Position numbers and translations under genes: made by a program
DNA from: Stegostoma tigrinum
Lineage: Eukaryota
Direction of reading: 5' to 3'
DNA length: 64,000 bases
NCBI RefSeq assembly: GCF_030684315.1
Contig: NC_081382.1
Coordinates: 15,854,592 to 15,918,591, forward strand
The notes under the pieces: model-generated
The model's input: the letters and a program-made list of their open reading frames with translations, nothing else
The model's database searches: none
Told to the model about the DNA's origin: nothing
Part shown: one piece after another, positions 11,591-22,848 of the stretch
Position numbering within the stretch: the first letter of the stretch is position 1
Layout of the letters: each line of letters begins with the position of its first letter

Positions 11591-13014
11591 GAATTATATG
11601 GGAAAAGACTCTGAAGATCACTTCCCTATGATGCCACAATGTACAATACTGAACACTGCCCATTCTACTTCAGACAAGTAGTTCAGTTAAATTTCAGCAG
11701 CCAAATCAGAAAAGAATTCTTGGAAATGCTTCTTTGATTCTTTAGGGTATTAGAGGAAGGATTGTGAATAGCCATAAATCTCAATTATAATTAAATATTA
11801 GTTAGCCATAACAGTTCTTTTGAAAACGAATTAACTGGATGTGAGTATCATTAGCGGAGTCAGTATTATTCCCTTTATAACTGGAAATATCCCCTTTCAA
11901 ATTCTTTTCCGAAGGACGGCAAAGAATATATATCCAAGACATATTAAAGTAGGCTGACTCATAAGGTGATGACTGTGGCTGAAAATAAATGTTTCTTGGC
12001 ATATAACCCAACTTTATACATCATGTTATATTTGCATATAGTCTACTGTTGGTATTTGCAACCTATATCAAATAATCCATCTAACCTGATTGAGACCGAT
12101 ACCTTTGTTATTTTAAAATCTGAAATCCTAAAAATGTCCAAACAATTTCCACAAAATAAAAAAATCCTCACTCTTGGAGAATATAACTTAAATAAAATTC
12201 AATATGTATGGATTTCATTCCAGTTCTCCTCATATGTTGCTTCTCCAGAAATTTGATACGTGGACAATATTGTGACATAAAAACTGCATGCAGTAATCCA
12301 GAGCACATGTACAAATGTCTTACTTCATATTCCTAAATTTTACAGCATGGTCTTTTTTATAAAGTATATATTCCTTACACTGCATACTGATGGATCAACA
12401 AAATATCCCATACTTCTTTGCTTACCTTTTACCATGAGCAGGTATTCCTCATCTCTCTTTTATTTACATCTGCCAGCATTACTATGGAGGTGATGTAAGT
12501 CCTTAAAGGTTTTTCAAAGATCATAAATCTTGCACATGGTAGCAGTTTTATTATTGATTGGCAGTGAGACGTAAACACCCATGCTGTCTTTCATAGTTTC
12601 TTCCCCTAATTTTCTAGGAAGCTATGAGAGTGGGTGCAACTTTACCAAAGTTCTGTCAATGATACATTTGTTTCCAGGATGGGATTTTTTTTTGGCCACA
12701 CCATGTGCATACCCTCACAAGGTTGTTGATATGTGGGAAGATTTTCTAAATCTCTACATCTCATTTCTGGGCCTTCTGTTGAGATGCTGCAGCATATTGT
12801 ATCAGCAAGTGGCCAAAATGAGCAGAAGTGGGAAAGCCTAACTGGAGGTCTAGGCAATGTTCAGGATGTGGATCCGAAAGAAGAGGGGCTCAGAAGAGAT
12901 TTGAGGAAAAATTAACACTGGTACCCTTTGAAAAGAGGCAACTGGGGAGGAAGCTTATCCCCCAGATTGAAATGAATGAATTGATTAATTAATTAATTAA
13001 TTAGTTTTATGATT

Positions 13015-13200
13015 GAATTAGCTTCATTGTCACATATATTCATTGAGCATAGTGAAAATGTTGTACTTCGCCAATTACTGTGCCATCTTAGGTATAAAGG
13101 TGCCTAGGTACAACTCCTGTAATTACAAAATCTTAGAAAGTTGAGAAATAAAATGTTCAGCATTGCAGAAATAAAAGTTCAGAACAATGGTCTTCCAACC
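13015..13200. repeat. Dispersed repeat, second copy at about 44160-44340
   Basis: Shared blocks TGTCAC...AGTGAAA...CGCC...CCATCTTAGG...AAGGT...AAAAGTTCAGAA; possibly a reversed LINE 3' tail. Confidence 0.5.
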
Positions 13201-13803
13201 CTGATTTGGGTCATATCTGGATTAGTTGTTAGGGAACACTTTAAGTACTATCAGATGATGTTAAATGCACACTTCCTACCTTAATCCCATTAACTTTATA
13301 ATTGCACTGTTAAATGTAGCCATGGGCAATTTCATTATGCCACTTAATCCAGGAAGCACCCATGCTTCCATCTTCATTTTTTCAGGATACATTAGGTAAT
13401 TGTGTAGTCATGCTATGCAAGTAATATTAGGTCTTGAACAATGAAAGAGATTGTTTGTTTGTAAACTGAATGAGGCAAAGTGTTTGGAATTGAGAATGAG
13501 ATCCCATGGAGTCTATCAGAGGAGCAGTACTTACTTCACCTGGCATAAAGTCTTATTGAAAGTAATAAGAAAGGCAATTCCCTTCTTGCTTGCCCAGGAT
13601 TCCTCTTATTTATTCGGAATGTTATTATGAGGCAAAGAATTCACTTGTCATGTCAATATTTTCTCCATCCCATGCAAACTTGAGGTTTTTTTTAATCCTT
13701 CAATTAAGTTATCAGGCTTATGATAATGTGTCTTCAACTGGCTGAAGCAAAAACCTTTCAGTTCTGAAGGACAACTGGGTTGAATACCAGGCTTGAAAAT
13801 TTA

Positions 13804-14011
13804 TTCAGAGATAGTACGAACTGCGGATGCTGGAGAATCTGAGATAACAAGGTGTAGAGCTGGATGAACACAGCAGGTCAAGCAGCATCAGAGGAGCAGG
13901 AAGACTGAGGTTTCAGGCCTAGATCCTTCTTCAGAAAGGGTCTAGGCCTGAAACGTCAGCCTTCCTGCTCCTCTGATACAGCTTGGCCTGCTGTGTTCAT
14001 CCAGCTCTACT
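13804..14011. mobile_element. Head-to-head (tails-out) inverted PLE derivative with 13-bp TSD, nested in a family-2 hammerhead element
   Basis: Left arm (minus) has the full tail and right arm (plus) is truncated at CCAGCTCTAC; arms meet near 13935. TSD GCTTGAAAATTTA at 13791-13803 and 14012-14024. The host element continues ACTCTGTTTTCTCTCCACAGATGCTGCCAGAC to about 14115. Confidence 0.9.
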
Positions 14012-15369
14012 GCTTGAAAATTTAACTCTGTTTTCTCTCCACAGATGCTGCCAGACGTGGTAAGTTTCTCCAGCATTTTTTTGTGTTTGTTGCAAATTTC
14101 AATCATCTGCAGTATTTTATTTATGTATTTATTTATTTTATTTGTAAGAAAGATTGCTGTGTATCAATGGAAATATCTAACTTAGAGTTGGAAAGACTGG
14201 GAGTTGAGAATGTACAGTTCATAGGGTTAATAATGTAAGTCCATTTCATCTTGAGACAAATCAGATACAAGGAACGTACGCAATTGTTATCTGGGTTAAT
14301 GCTTTTCAAACACATAAGAATATCAACCTCATTTAAGATAAGCCTCTGATGTTCTAATAGTGAGACTAAAAGAGTGAACAAAGTGCAAAGTTGTAGAGAC
14401 TATCACAACTTTCTAAAGGAAAGCACTTTCTCAATTAATGTAATCCATTTGAAGGAATCAACTATACACAGTGATTATTAACAATCTAGATTTAAACTGT
14501 GTCCAATTCCAGCTGGAATGTAGAGACTAGCATGGACAAGTTGGGTCAAATGGCCTGTTTCTGGACTGCACTTTCTATGGAAAGACCACTTGGCACTTCC
14601 AATGAGTTAAAATGCTGTAGTTTTGCATTGTATGGGGTAGGAAGGCATTGAATGAGCCATGATTTCTATGTTTTTTCTGAAGACAAGTCTGCCAACTGCT
14701 GGTAAAACTAAGGGATGTAAGAAATAAAGACTGATAACTTCACAGAAGCAAATTAGCATTGAGAAACAAGGTGACATTTATATTTCACTTTTAGAGCAAC
14801 TTTGAATCGGGCACTTAAAACATGAGCATTTATTATTGACTGCCATTCTCATTATTAAATTTGTTTTCACAATTCAAACCATCTACATTTGAATTTACCT
14901 TTATGTAAATACTTCTGAGTCATTGGATTGTTGGAGAAAGACATCATTCTGAGGTCAGCCTTGGTGGAGTAAACATTTTCTCTGGCTCTCTGCTAAAAGC
15001 TTTTAATGACATGTAAAAGAATTTATGACTTATTTGTAATACAATGCTCACTGCAGAACCCCTGCTTATTTCAAAACAGCTGCTTGCTGTTCAGATTGCT
15101 GTATATCATGCATGTAAAGACAACTTTACTTCGTACAATCATTTTTCTTCTTTTGGTAGAGATGAATTTTACCTGCTCCTTAATTCAAAGGCTGCTCAGC
15201 TGTGAATAACGTTCACTGAGTCATGTAATCTGCAGTTACATCCACACAACATATCACTGATTTCTTAAATTCATCATTGAAGGTAAGTGATTTCTGCAGA
15301 GACAAGAAAAGTAGTTCGACTGTAGTAGTACCTTCAGATTATTCCAAACCAGTTCTCAAGTGATAACTG

Positions 15370-15427
15370 GATGTGGTCCTAACATGCTGCTTGGACTGCT
15401 GTGTTCATCCAGTTCCACACTTTGTTA
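15370..15427 (+). mobile_element. Minimal PLE tail insertion
   Basis: ATGCTGCTTGGACTGCTGTGTTCATCCAGTTCCACACTTTGTTA; 16-bp TSD with two mismatches (15354-15369, 15428-15443). Confidence 0.7.
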
Positions 15428-16189
15428 TCTTAAGTGATAGCTGTTTAGATTTCTATAGCACCTTCAATGTAGCAAAAACATCCCAACAGATAAGGCAAAA
15501 CCAAACAAAACTATTGTATTTGCTTCAACTAATTGAATTCTAATTCTAATAGCTATGAATTACTAAAATCCTTCTCTTGTAAGTTTATATCACTGGCTAT
15601 GTGTACCAACGTCAGTGCTCATTTCTATTGCTTAAAAACCTTTTTCATTTAGCAGTTTTCTCTCAGCGTTAACATGGACTGTAACAATGAATGTTGGAGA
15701 GCAAGAGCAGTAAGTACAAAGAGACACAGGGCCAAGTTTATCTGTCAAAAGCATTGGCACTGCAGAATTTTCAATGGTTTTACCTGGCCCCTACCCAGTT
15801 AAACCATTTTCCATTGGTCTCCACATTACTGGAATGACTTGTTATTCATGGATTATATCAAGATATTTAGAGTTGTGGAAGAAACCACTTTACGCAGTTT
15901 TAACTGGATTGTTAAAGATTGGAAATAACACATCAAAAGTAGATATTTATCGAATAAGATTTCACTTACTTGACACAAAATTTAAGTCTGCAGTGAAATA
16001 AAACTCCAGTCATATGATTGTAGGTCTCTTTATTCTTTCACAGTCTTGTCTCTACATACATTTACCCAAAGGCAAATGATTAAAGTAGAAAAAGAATGGT
16101 GTTAATTTACTACCAATGATGTTAGCTGCTAAAAGGTGGAAGGTAGTATTTCAGTGACTTTTGGCACACCAGATAGTGGGATCTTAGAA

Positions 16190-16500
16190 CAATTAACTAA
16201 GGTATAATTAGAAGTGTAATCACTGTGTTATTTGGAAATGTTGCTGCCAGTTGTGCGCACAGGAAGATTGCATAAATAGTATTATGCTGATATCCAGGCA
16301 ATCTGCTTTCAAATTTTGACTGACAGATGGCATCTCCGATACAGCAGCATTCTGATAGTGCTGCAATGGAGTGTCAGCCTGAATTTGATGCTTATCTTTG
16401 GAATAGTATTTAACCGTCGCCCCTCAAACTCAGATGTGAGAGTGCTACTGATTGAAACAGGCACGTCACATTTTCCAGAATTACGGTGAGTGGCACAGCC
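16190..16500 (-). mobile_element. SacSINE1/Deu-SINE-like SINE
   Basis: Reverse complement matches the 54420-54600 and 1540-1930 copies (AGCACTCTCACATCTGAG...GCTGACACTCCATTGCAGCAC). Confidence 0.55.
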
Positions 16501-16527
16501 TTTCCACCTGTCTTTGTGTGCCTTAAA

Positions 16528-18521
16528 CCCTGCCCCACCGAACTCATCTCCACCTATCTGGACTCCATTTTCTCCCCTTTGGTCCAGGAACTCCCCATCT
16601 ACGTCCGTGACACCACCCACGCCCTCCACCTCCTCCAGGACTTCCAATTCCCTGGCCCCCATCACCTCATTTTCACCACGGACGTCCAGTCCCTATACAC
16701 CTGTATTCCGCATGCAGATGGCCTCAAGGCCCTCCGCTTCTTCTTGTCCCGCAGGCCTGACCAGTCCCCCTCCACCGACATCCTCATCCGCCTAGCCGGA
16801 CTCGTCCTCACCCTCAACAACTTCTCTTTCGATTCCTCCCACTTCCTAAAGACAAAGGGGGTGGCCATGGGCACCCGCATGGGCCCCAGCTGTGCCTGCC
16901 CCTTTGTAGGTTACGTGGAACAGTCCCTCTTCCGCACCTACACAGGCCCCAAACCCCACCTCTTCCTCCATTACATTGATGACTGTATCGGCGCCGCCTC
17001 TTGCTCCCCAGAGGAGCTCGAACAGTTCATCCACTTCACCAACACCTTCCACCCCAACCTTCAGTTCACCTGGGCCATCTCCAGCATACCCCTCACCTTC
17101 CTGGACCTCTCAGTCTCCATCTCAGGCAACAGCTTGTAACTGATGTCCATTTCAAGCCCACCGACTCCCACAGCTACCTAGAATACACCTCCTCCCACCC
17201 ACCCTCCTGCAAAAATTCCATCCCCTATTCCAATTCCTCTGCCTCCGCCGCATCTGCTCCCACGATGAGGCATTCCACTCCCGCACATCCCAGATGTCCA
17301 AGTTCTTCAAGGACCGCAACTTTCCCCCAACAGTGGTCGAGAACGCCCTTGACCGCGTCTCCCGTATTTCCCGCAACACATCCCTCACACCCAGCTCCCG
17401 CCACAATCGCCCAAAGAGGATCCCCCTCGTTCTCACACACCACCCCGCCAATCTCCGGATACAACGCATCATCCTCCGACACTTCCACCATCTACAATCC
17501 GACCCCACCACCCAAGACATTTTTCCATCCCCACCCTTTGTCTGCTTTCCGGAGAGACCACTCTCTCCGTGACTCCCTTGTTCGCTCCACACTGCCCTCC
17601 AACCCCACCACACCCGGCACCTTCCCCTGCAACCGCAGGAAATGCTACACTTGCCCCCACACCTCTTCCCTCACCCCTATCCCAGGCCCCAAGATGACTT
17701 TCCACATTAAGCAGAGGTTCACCTGCACATCTGCCAATGTGGTATACTGCATCCACTGTACCCGGTGTGGCTTTCTCTATATTGGGGAAACCAAGCGGAG
17801 GCTTGGGGACCGCTTTGCAGAACACCTCCGCTTTGTTCGCAATAAACAACTGCACCTCCCAGTCGCAAACCATTTTCACTACCCCTCCCATTCTTTATAT
17901 GACATGTCCATCATGGGCCTCCTGCAGTGCCACAATGATGCCACTCGAAGGTTGCAGGAACAGCAACTCATATTCCGCTTGGGAACCGTGCAGCCCAATG
18001 GTATCAATGTGGACTTCACAAGCTTCAAAATCTCCCCTTCCCCCACTGCATCCCAAAATCAGTCCAGTTCGTGCCCTCCCCCCACTGCACCACACAACCA
18101 GCCCAGCTCTTCCCCTCCACCCACTGCATCCCAAAACCAGTCACACCTGTCTCTGCCTCCCTAACCTGTTCATCCTCTCACCCATCCCTTCCTCCCACCC
18201 CAAGTCGCACCTCCATCTCCTACCTACTAACCTCATCCCACCTCCTTGACCTGTCCATCTTCCCTGGACTGACCTATCCCCTCCCTACCTCCCCACCTAT
18301 ACTCTCCTCTCCACCTTTCTTCTTTTCTCTCCATCTTTGGTCCGCCTCCCCCTCTCTCCCTATTTATTCCAGAACCCTCACCCCATCCCCCTCTCTGATG
18401 AATGGTCTAGGCCCGAAACATCAGCTATTGTGCTCCTGAGATGCTGCTTGGCCTGCTGTGTTCATCCAGCCTCACATTTTATTATCTTGGATTCTCCAGC
18501 ATCTGCAGTTCCCATTATCAC
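16528..18521 (+). mobile_element. 5'-truncated Penelope-like element (RT + GIY-YIG), frameshifted
   Basis: RT motifs DVQSLYTCIP, GVAMGTRMGP, LHYIDD; linker PCNRRKCYTC; GIY-YIG NVVYCIHC..CGFLYIGET. 9-bp TSD TGCCTTAAA (16519-16527, 18522-18530); full-length tail. Confidence 0.95.
18393..18425 (+). ncRNA. Minimal hammerhead ribozyme motif (degenerate) in PLE 3' UTR
   Basis: CTGATGA at 18395-18401, stem II GGTC-TA-GGCC, GAAAC at 18415-18419. Cleavage triplet is ATC (CpG-decayed GTC). Confidence 0.7.
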
Positions 18522-18804
18522 TGCCTTAAATACTGATGGTTTCCAAAATGCATGTTGAAGAATGATGACATTTTGTTAGTGAGTTTCGTATTGTTATCAG
18601 TAGAAAGCTTGAGTACGGGAGTCCAATGCCTCTGAATCTCTTCCTAACAGCCAGTACCGAATGCTGTGCATAAAATGATCCAGATTGCAGGATGAAACTA
18701 TTTATGCAATGAATGAACTGTGGACATGCACACGTACAACACAGGATCACTGGCAGTTATTGAGCAAAGACTTGGCATGCCGCAAATTCATCATGAATGA
18801 ATAT

Positions 18805-19195
18805 GGGCGAAACAGTGGCGCTGTTAGTGACAATGACACTGAACTGTAGCCCAGCAGTCCATTCAAATGTTCTTGAACATAGGCTCAATTCCCACTACAG
18901 CACTGGTGGAATTTGAATTCAACTAATAAATCCGCAGTTAAAAGCTTGCCTTGTAGTCACCATGAAGCAGTTGTCCTAAAGAATCCAACAGTTCACTAGG
19001 GTCCTTAAGGGCTAGTTATCAGCAATCCTTATCTGGTCTGGTCCACATCTGACTCCAGACCCACAGCGATATTGTTGGTTTTAACAGTCCTGTGAACCAG
19101 CGTCACAAACCATTCAGTTCAAGAACAATTAAGAATGGTAACAAATGTTGGTCCCTTCTGTCTTACCCATGTCCCATGAAATAATTTAAAAAAAG
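18805..19195 (+). mobile_element. tRNA-derived SINE (family of 5581-5897), diverged
   Basis: GGTGGAATTTGAATTCAA and CTTATCTGGTCTGGTCCACATCTGACTCCAGACCCACAGC blocks, with an A-rich end. Confidence 0.7.
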
Positions 19196-20554
19196 GTACA
19201 AATGAAAAGTGAAAATTTTCAATATAGCATCTGAATACACCCTTTCCCTGAGAAGAGGCAGAACATCATCATGTCTTGGAGCACAGTTTAATTCCAGATT
19301 GGCTGTTTTCTCAGTGGATACCTAGCTATTTGCCAGGAGGTGGCAGATAGGGGTAAGGTGATAATAGTGCAGGCAATGAGTGTAATTTGACAAAATGACA
19401 AGACAGAATCATCCAAGGAATTAGACCAAGTTTTGAGGAATTGCTTCTTAATATTAAATCAGGAGCATGAAATCGTTTGTGAATAGATCGTCTTCCAGAG
19501 CATGTGAAACACTTGTTTAGACTGACTTACCCCACTGCAGAGCAGAAAATATTATTAGCAGTGTGGAAAAGATAGTCAAGCAGCCAATTTAATGTTCCTG
19601 AGTTTTTTTTTACTGCTTTAGTCCTTTTGGCTTATAAATACATCCTTTACTGAAGGAATGTGAATATTTTCATGTTTGATAATAAAATGAAGTGAATTCT
19701 TTTCCTGATAAACAATTCATTACTTTATTGAAGTATTGTGTGCAACATGTTTGGAGCCCTCAGTTTTATTTGGCTGATTAAGTGCAACACACATTCAATT
19801 GTGGGAATGACAGAAAAATAGTCCATCAAAATAGCTATTACTTAAGTATTGAATAAGCAATTAAACTCACACAAGAGGTAAGGAAAAGTCAGAATCCCGT
19901 CATACCGTTAAGAGTATTGATCTGATAGATTTAGATTCATTTATTGATGCATTTGATTTGTAATAGCACTGAATAAAATTGAGCATAACAGGCAAGCCTT
20001 CCAGATTCAGTACAATTGATGGAAATTTGCTGTCCCCAATGTTTTTTTTACCTGGGCTATGGCCTCTTTTGTTGGCATGATTTGGGCAAAGGGAATTTTT
20101 GGGCCATCATAATACTTTGTGTAAAAAAAAATTTTTATTTGTGATGCACTTGTGTTTTGAATTCTGTGACTTTTTTTCTTAATTGTTGTGGCTGACTCTG
20201 GCAAAATTGTGCATAGAGCCGGAATTTAAATTCAGTTTTCTTGTTTATATTCTATACCTACATTTTTTCCTCGTTTAATTTTCCAAATTTAAATATCTTG
20301 TAATTGAAAGACATCAAAAAGTTTTGTTAAACACAAGTTCCAGCTCCAAATGCCCCAGTTTCTTATTCTCTTTCAATATTTCAAACAATTTTCCCATTAA
20401 CACTGTCAGGTTTAAAAGAATGGCTGCTCCAACCCAACCTTCCATTTTAAAGTTAAAAGTTACAACTTGCTATTTTGCATTCAGTTCTGGGAATTATCCA
20501 AAAATGGACTAACATCCAAATTAAGTCATAATAAGATTAACGTTAAATTTTTCA

Positions 20555-20765
20555 AAAGTTCTTGAGAACAGGGGGCTTTGGATAATCAGTTACTGAATAT
20601 ATTCAAGACTGGGATCATTTGATTTTAAGGCACTAAGTGAAACAAAAGATATAGATTAAAGATGGGCAAGTACAGTTCAAATAGAAGATTAGCTAGGATC
20701 TTATTCAACAGTGGATCAGGCTCAAGGACCGATATGGTTTAGTCACACTCCTGTTTTTTATGTTC
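20555..20765 (+). mobile_element. Old CR1 3' fragment
   Basis: Degenerate GTGGAT...GAATATATTCAAGACTG...GATCTTATT...CAGGCTCAAGG...CTCCTGTTTTTTATGTTC. Confidence 0.5.
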
Positions 20766-21851
20766 AAAAATTAGAAAAAAATGAGCTCATTATCATTGCT
20801 GAATCTATTTCTAAGTTCTCAAAAGAAGGGGAAATTGAGTTTGATCAACTGCATCAAATTCTTCCTTTTCTGATATGAATTGGCATCTTGGAAATAGCAT
20901 TTTTCCCAGCTTTTACCAACATTTTTTAATGAACACTATCCTTTCAATGTATTCAGACTGGCCATTTGATAAGTGGTCCAGAGGTTAACTCTAAAGTCTG
21001 CCTTAGTGACCCACATGTCTCTTTGGCTGTTTGCAGAATATGTAATGACTTGTGAAAATAAATATTTTAAACTTTTTTGCAAAGTGCAAAAGCAGCATTA
21101 ATATTGTTTGCTTCACAGCTTCTGGTTTATTTTATTGGACTTAATATTATGGGTTTTAAGAGATTTTATGTAATGCAGGCACAAGGAAGGAAATATTTTT
21201 GAATGTCAGCTTTCCTCCTTGCAAAATGTTTGTAGATCTGAAACTAGCATTTTCTTCTCATTTGTCAAAACTTATTTATGATACTAATTTAAAGGTGTTT
21301 GCATGCAGTTGATTTTGTTATAAATGTGATTCTGTATAGCATGTAATCCTAGCCTTGACAATAATTAGCAGTAGAAAATTTGCTATTTTCTTGTTCCATT
21401 GCTAAAGATAAAGTCATAAGACCAATTATAGTTGACGAAGAAATCATTGAGGTACACTAACATTGTGATTGTCTGAAATGACTGCTTCAGATATGTGCCA
21501 TTCAACATATTTAAATTTAATGATTTACAACATAACAGTACAGGCATGATATCGATTTCCACCATTATGGAACCTACACTTCTATTGTGAAGCTCCTGTG
21601 AAACAAATGTTTTTGATTCAGAAATTTATTGTTTTTCACTTTAAATAGTTTGGATGAACATCAAATTAAGGTACTTTACTGATTCAATGTATGCCTCTGT
21701 GATCAACTGAGAAAGAGGTTGCTTAATACTGAAACTGTTCTTCATTAATGAGGATGCTTCTATGGTTGTTCAAGTGCCTGATACTTATTATTTACCTTAT
21801 TATGCTTGGCTGAACATACTAACAAGAAAAAGGCACTGAGCCTATTCTACT

Positions 21852-21996
21852 TGGAGACAGCAAGAACTGCAGATGCTTAAGTCAGAGTCAATACAGCATG
21901 GAGCTGGAGGCACACAATAGGTCACGCAGCATCAGATGAGCGGGAGATTCGAGGTTTCAGGTTGGAACCCTTCATCAGAACAGCTCCACACTCTAT
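21852..21996 (-). mobile_element. Short PLE derivative (family 3) with small inverted second arm
   Basis: Minus strand reads CTGATGA-A-GGGTTCCAACCT-GAAAC. 21981-21999 is the reverse complement of the tail at about 21888-21906. TSD TGAGCCTATTCTACT / TGAGCTTAATCTACT (21837-21851, 21997-22011). Confidence 0.7.
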
Positions 21997-22201
21997 TGAG
22001 CTTAATCTACTGTTCAACTAGTTCTTTACTGTGTACCTTTATCCCTTATCTTCCTTCACTCCATATCTCTTGGTTCCCTTATCAATAATTTGTCAACCTT
22101 GGCCTTGAATATTTCAATTAACACAACATTCAAAGCCTTTTCCAACACCCTTTGTATAAAGAAGTACTTCAGGATTTCACTCCTGAATGGCTATGCCCGA
22201 A

Positions 22202-22848
22202 CAGAGAACATAGAACATTACAGCATGGTAAAGGCCCTTCGGCCCTTGATGTTGCGACGACTTATGAAACCAATCTGAAGCCCATCTAACCTACACTATT
22301 CCATTACCATCCAATGACCATTTAAATGCCCTTCATGTTGGCGAGTCTACTCCTGTTGCAGGCAGGGCATTCCACGCCCTTACTACTCTCTGAGTAAAGA
22401 ACCTACCTCTGACTTCTGTCCTATATCTATCACCCCTCAATTTAAAGCTATCTCCCCTCGTGCTAGCCATCTCCATCAGAGGAAAAAGGCTCTCACTGTC
22501 CACCCCATCTAATCCTCTGGTCATCTTGTATATCGCTATTAAGTTGCCTCTCAACTTTCTTCTCTGTGATGAAAACAGCCTCAAGTCCCTCAGCCTTTCC
22601 TCATAAGACCTTCCCTCCATACCAGATAACATCCTGGTAAATCTCCTCTGCACCCTTTCTAATGCTTCCACATCCTTCCTACAATGCGGCGACCAGAACT
22701 GTAGGCAATACTCTGAGTGCGGCCGCATCAGAGTTTTGTACCGCTGCAACATGACCTCATGGTTCCAAAACTCAATCCCTCTACCAATAAAACCTAACAC
22801 ACCGTACACCTTCTTAATAACACTATCAACCTGGGTGGCAACTTTCAG
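22202..22848 (-). mobile_element. CR1 LINE ORF2 3' fragment
   Basis: ORF 22333-22809: YKTLMRPHSEYCLQFWSPH...[11 protein letters not shown]...RGRFFTQRVVRAWNALP; AGAACATAGAAC tail. Confidence 0.95.

Noticed and set aside
12730-12965. Possible coding exon or Harbinger transposase start
   Set aside because: Short, no recognisable motif, no clean splice sites.
13527-13556. U1 snRNA 5'-end-like ACTTAC...CCTGGCA
   Set aside because: Interrupted match and no downstream U1 sequence.
16309-18439. Many overlapping Pro/Ser-rich and Gly-rich ORFs on both strands (also at 50-53 kb and 56-58 kb)
   Set aside because: Alternative frames of the strongly C-skewed PLE sequence, which is poor in stop codons.
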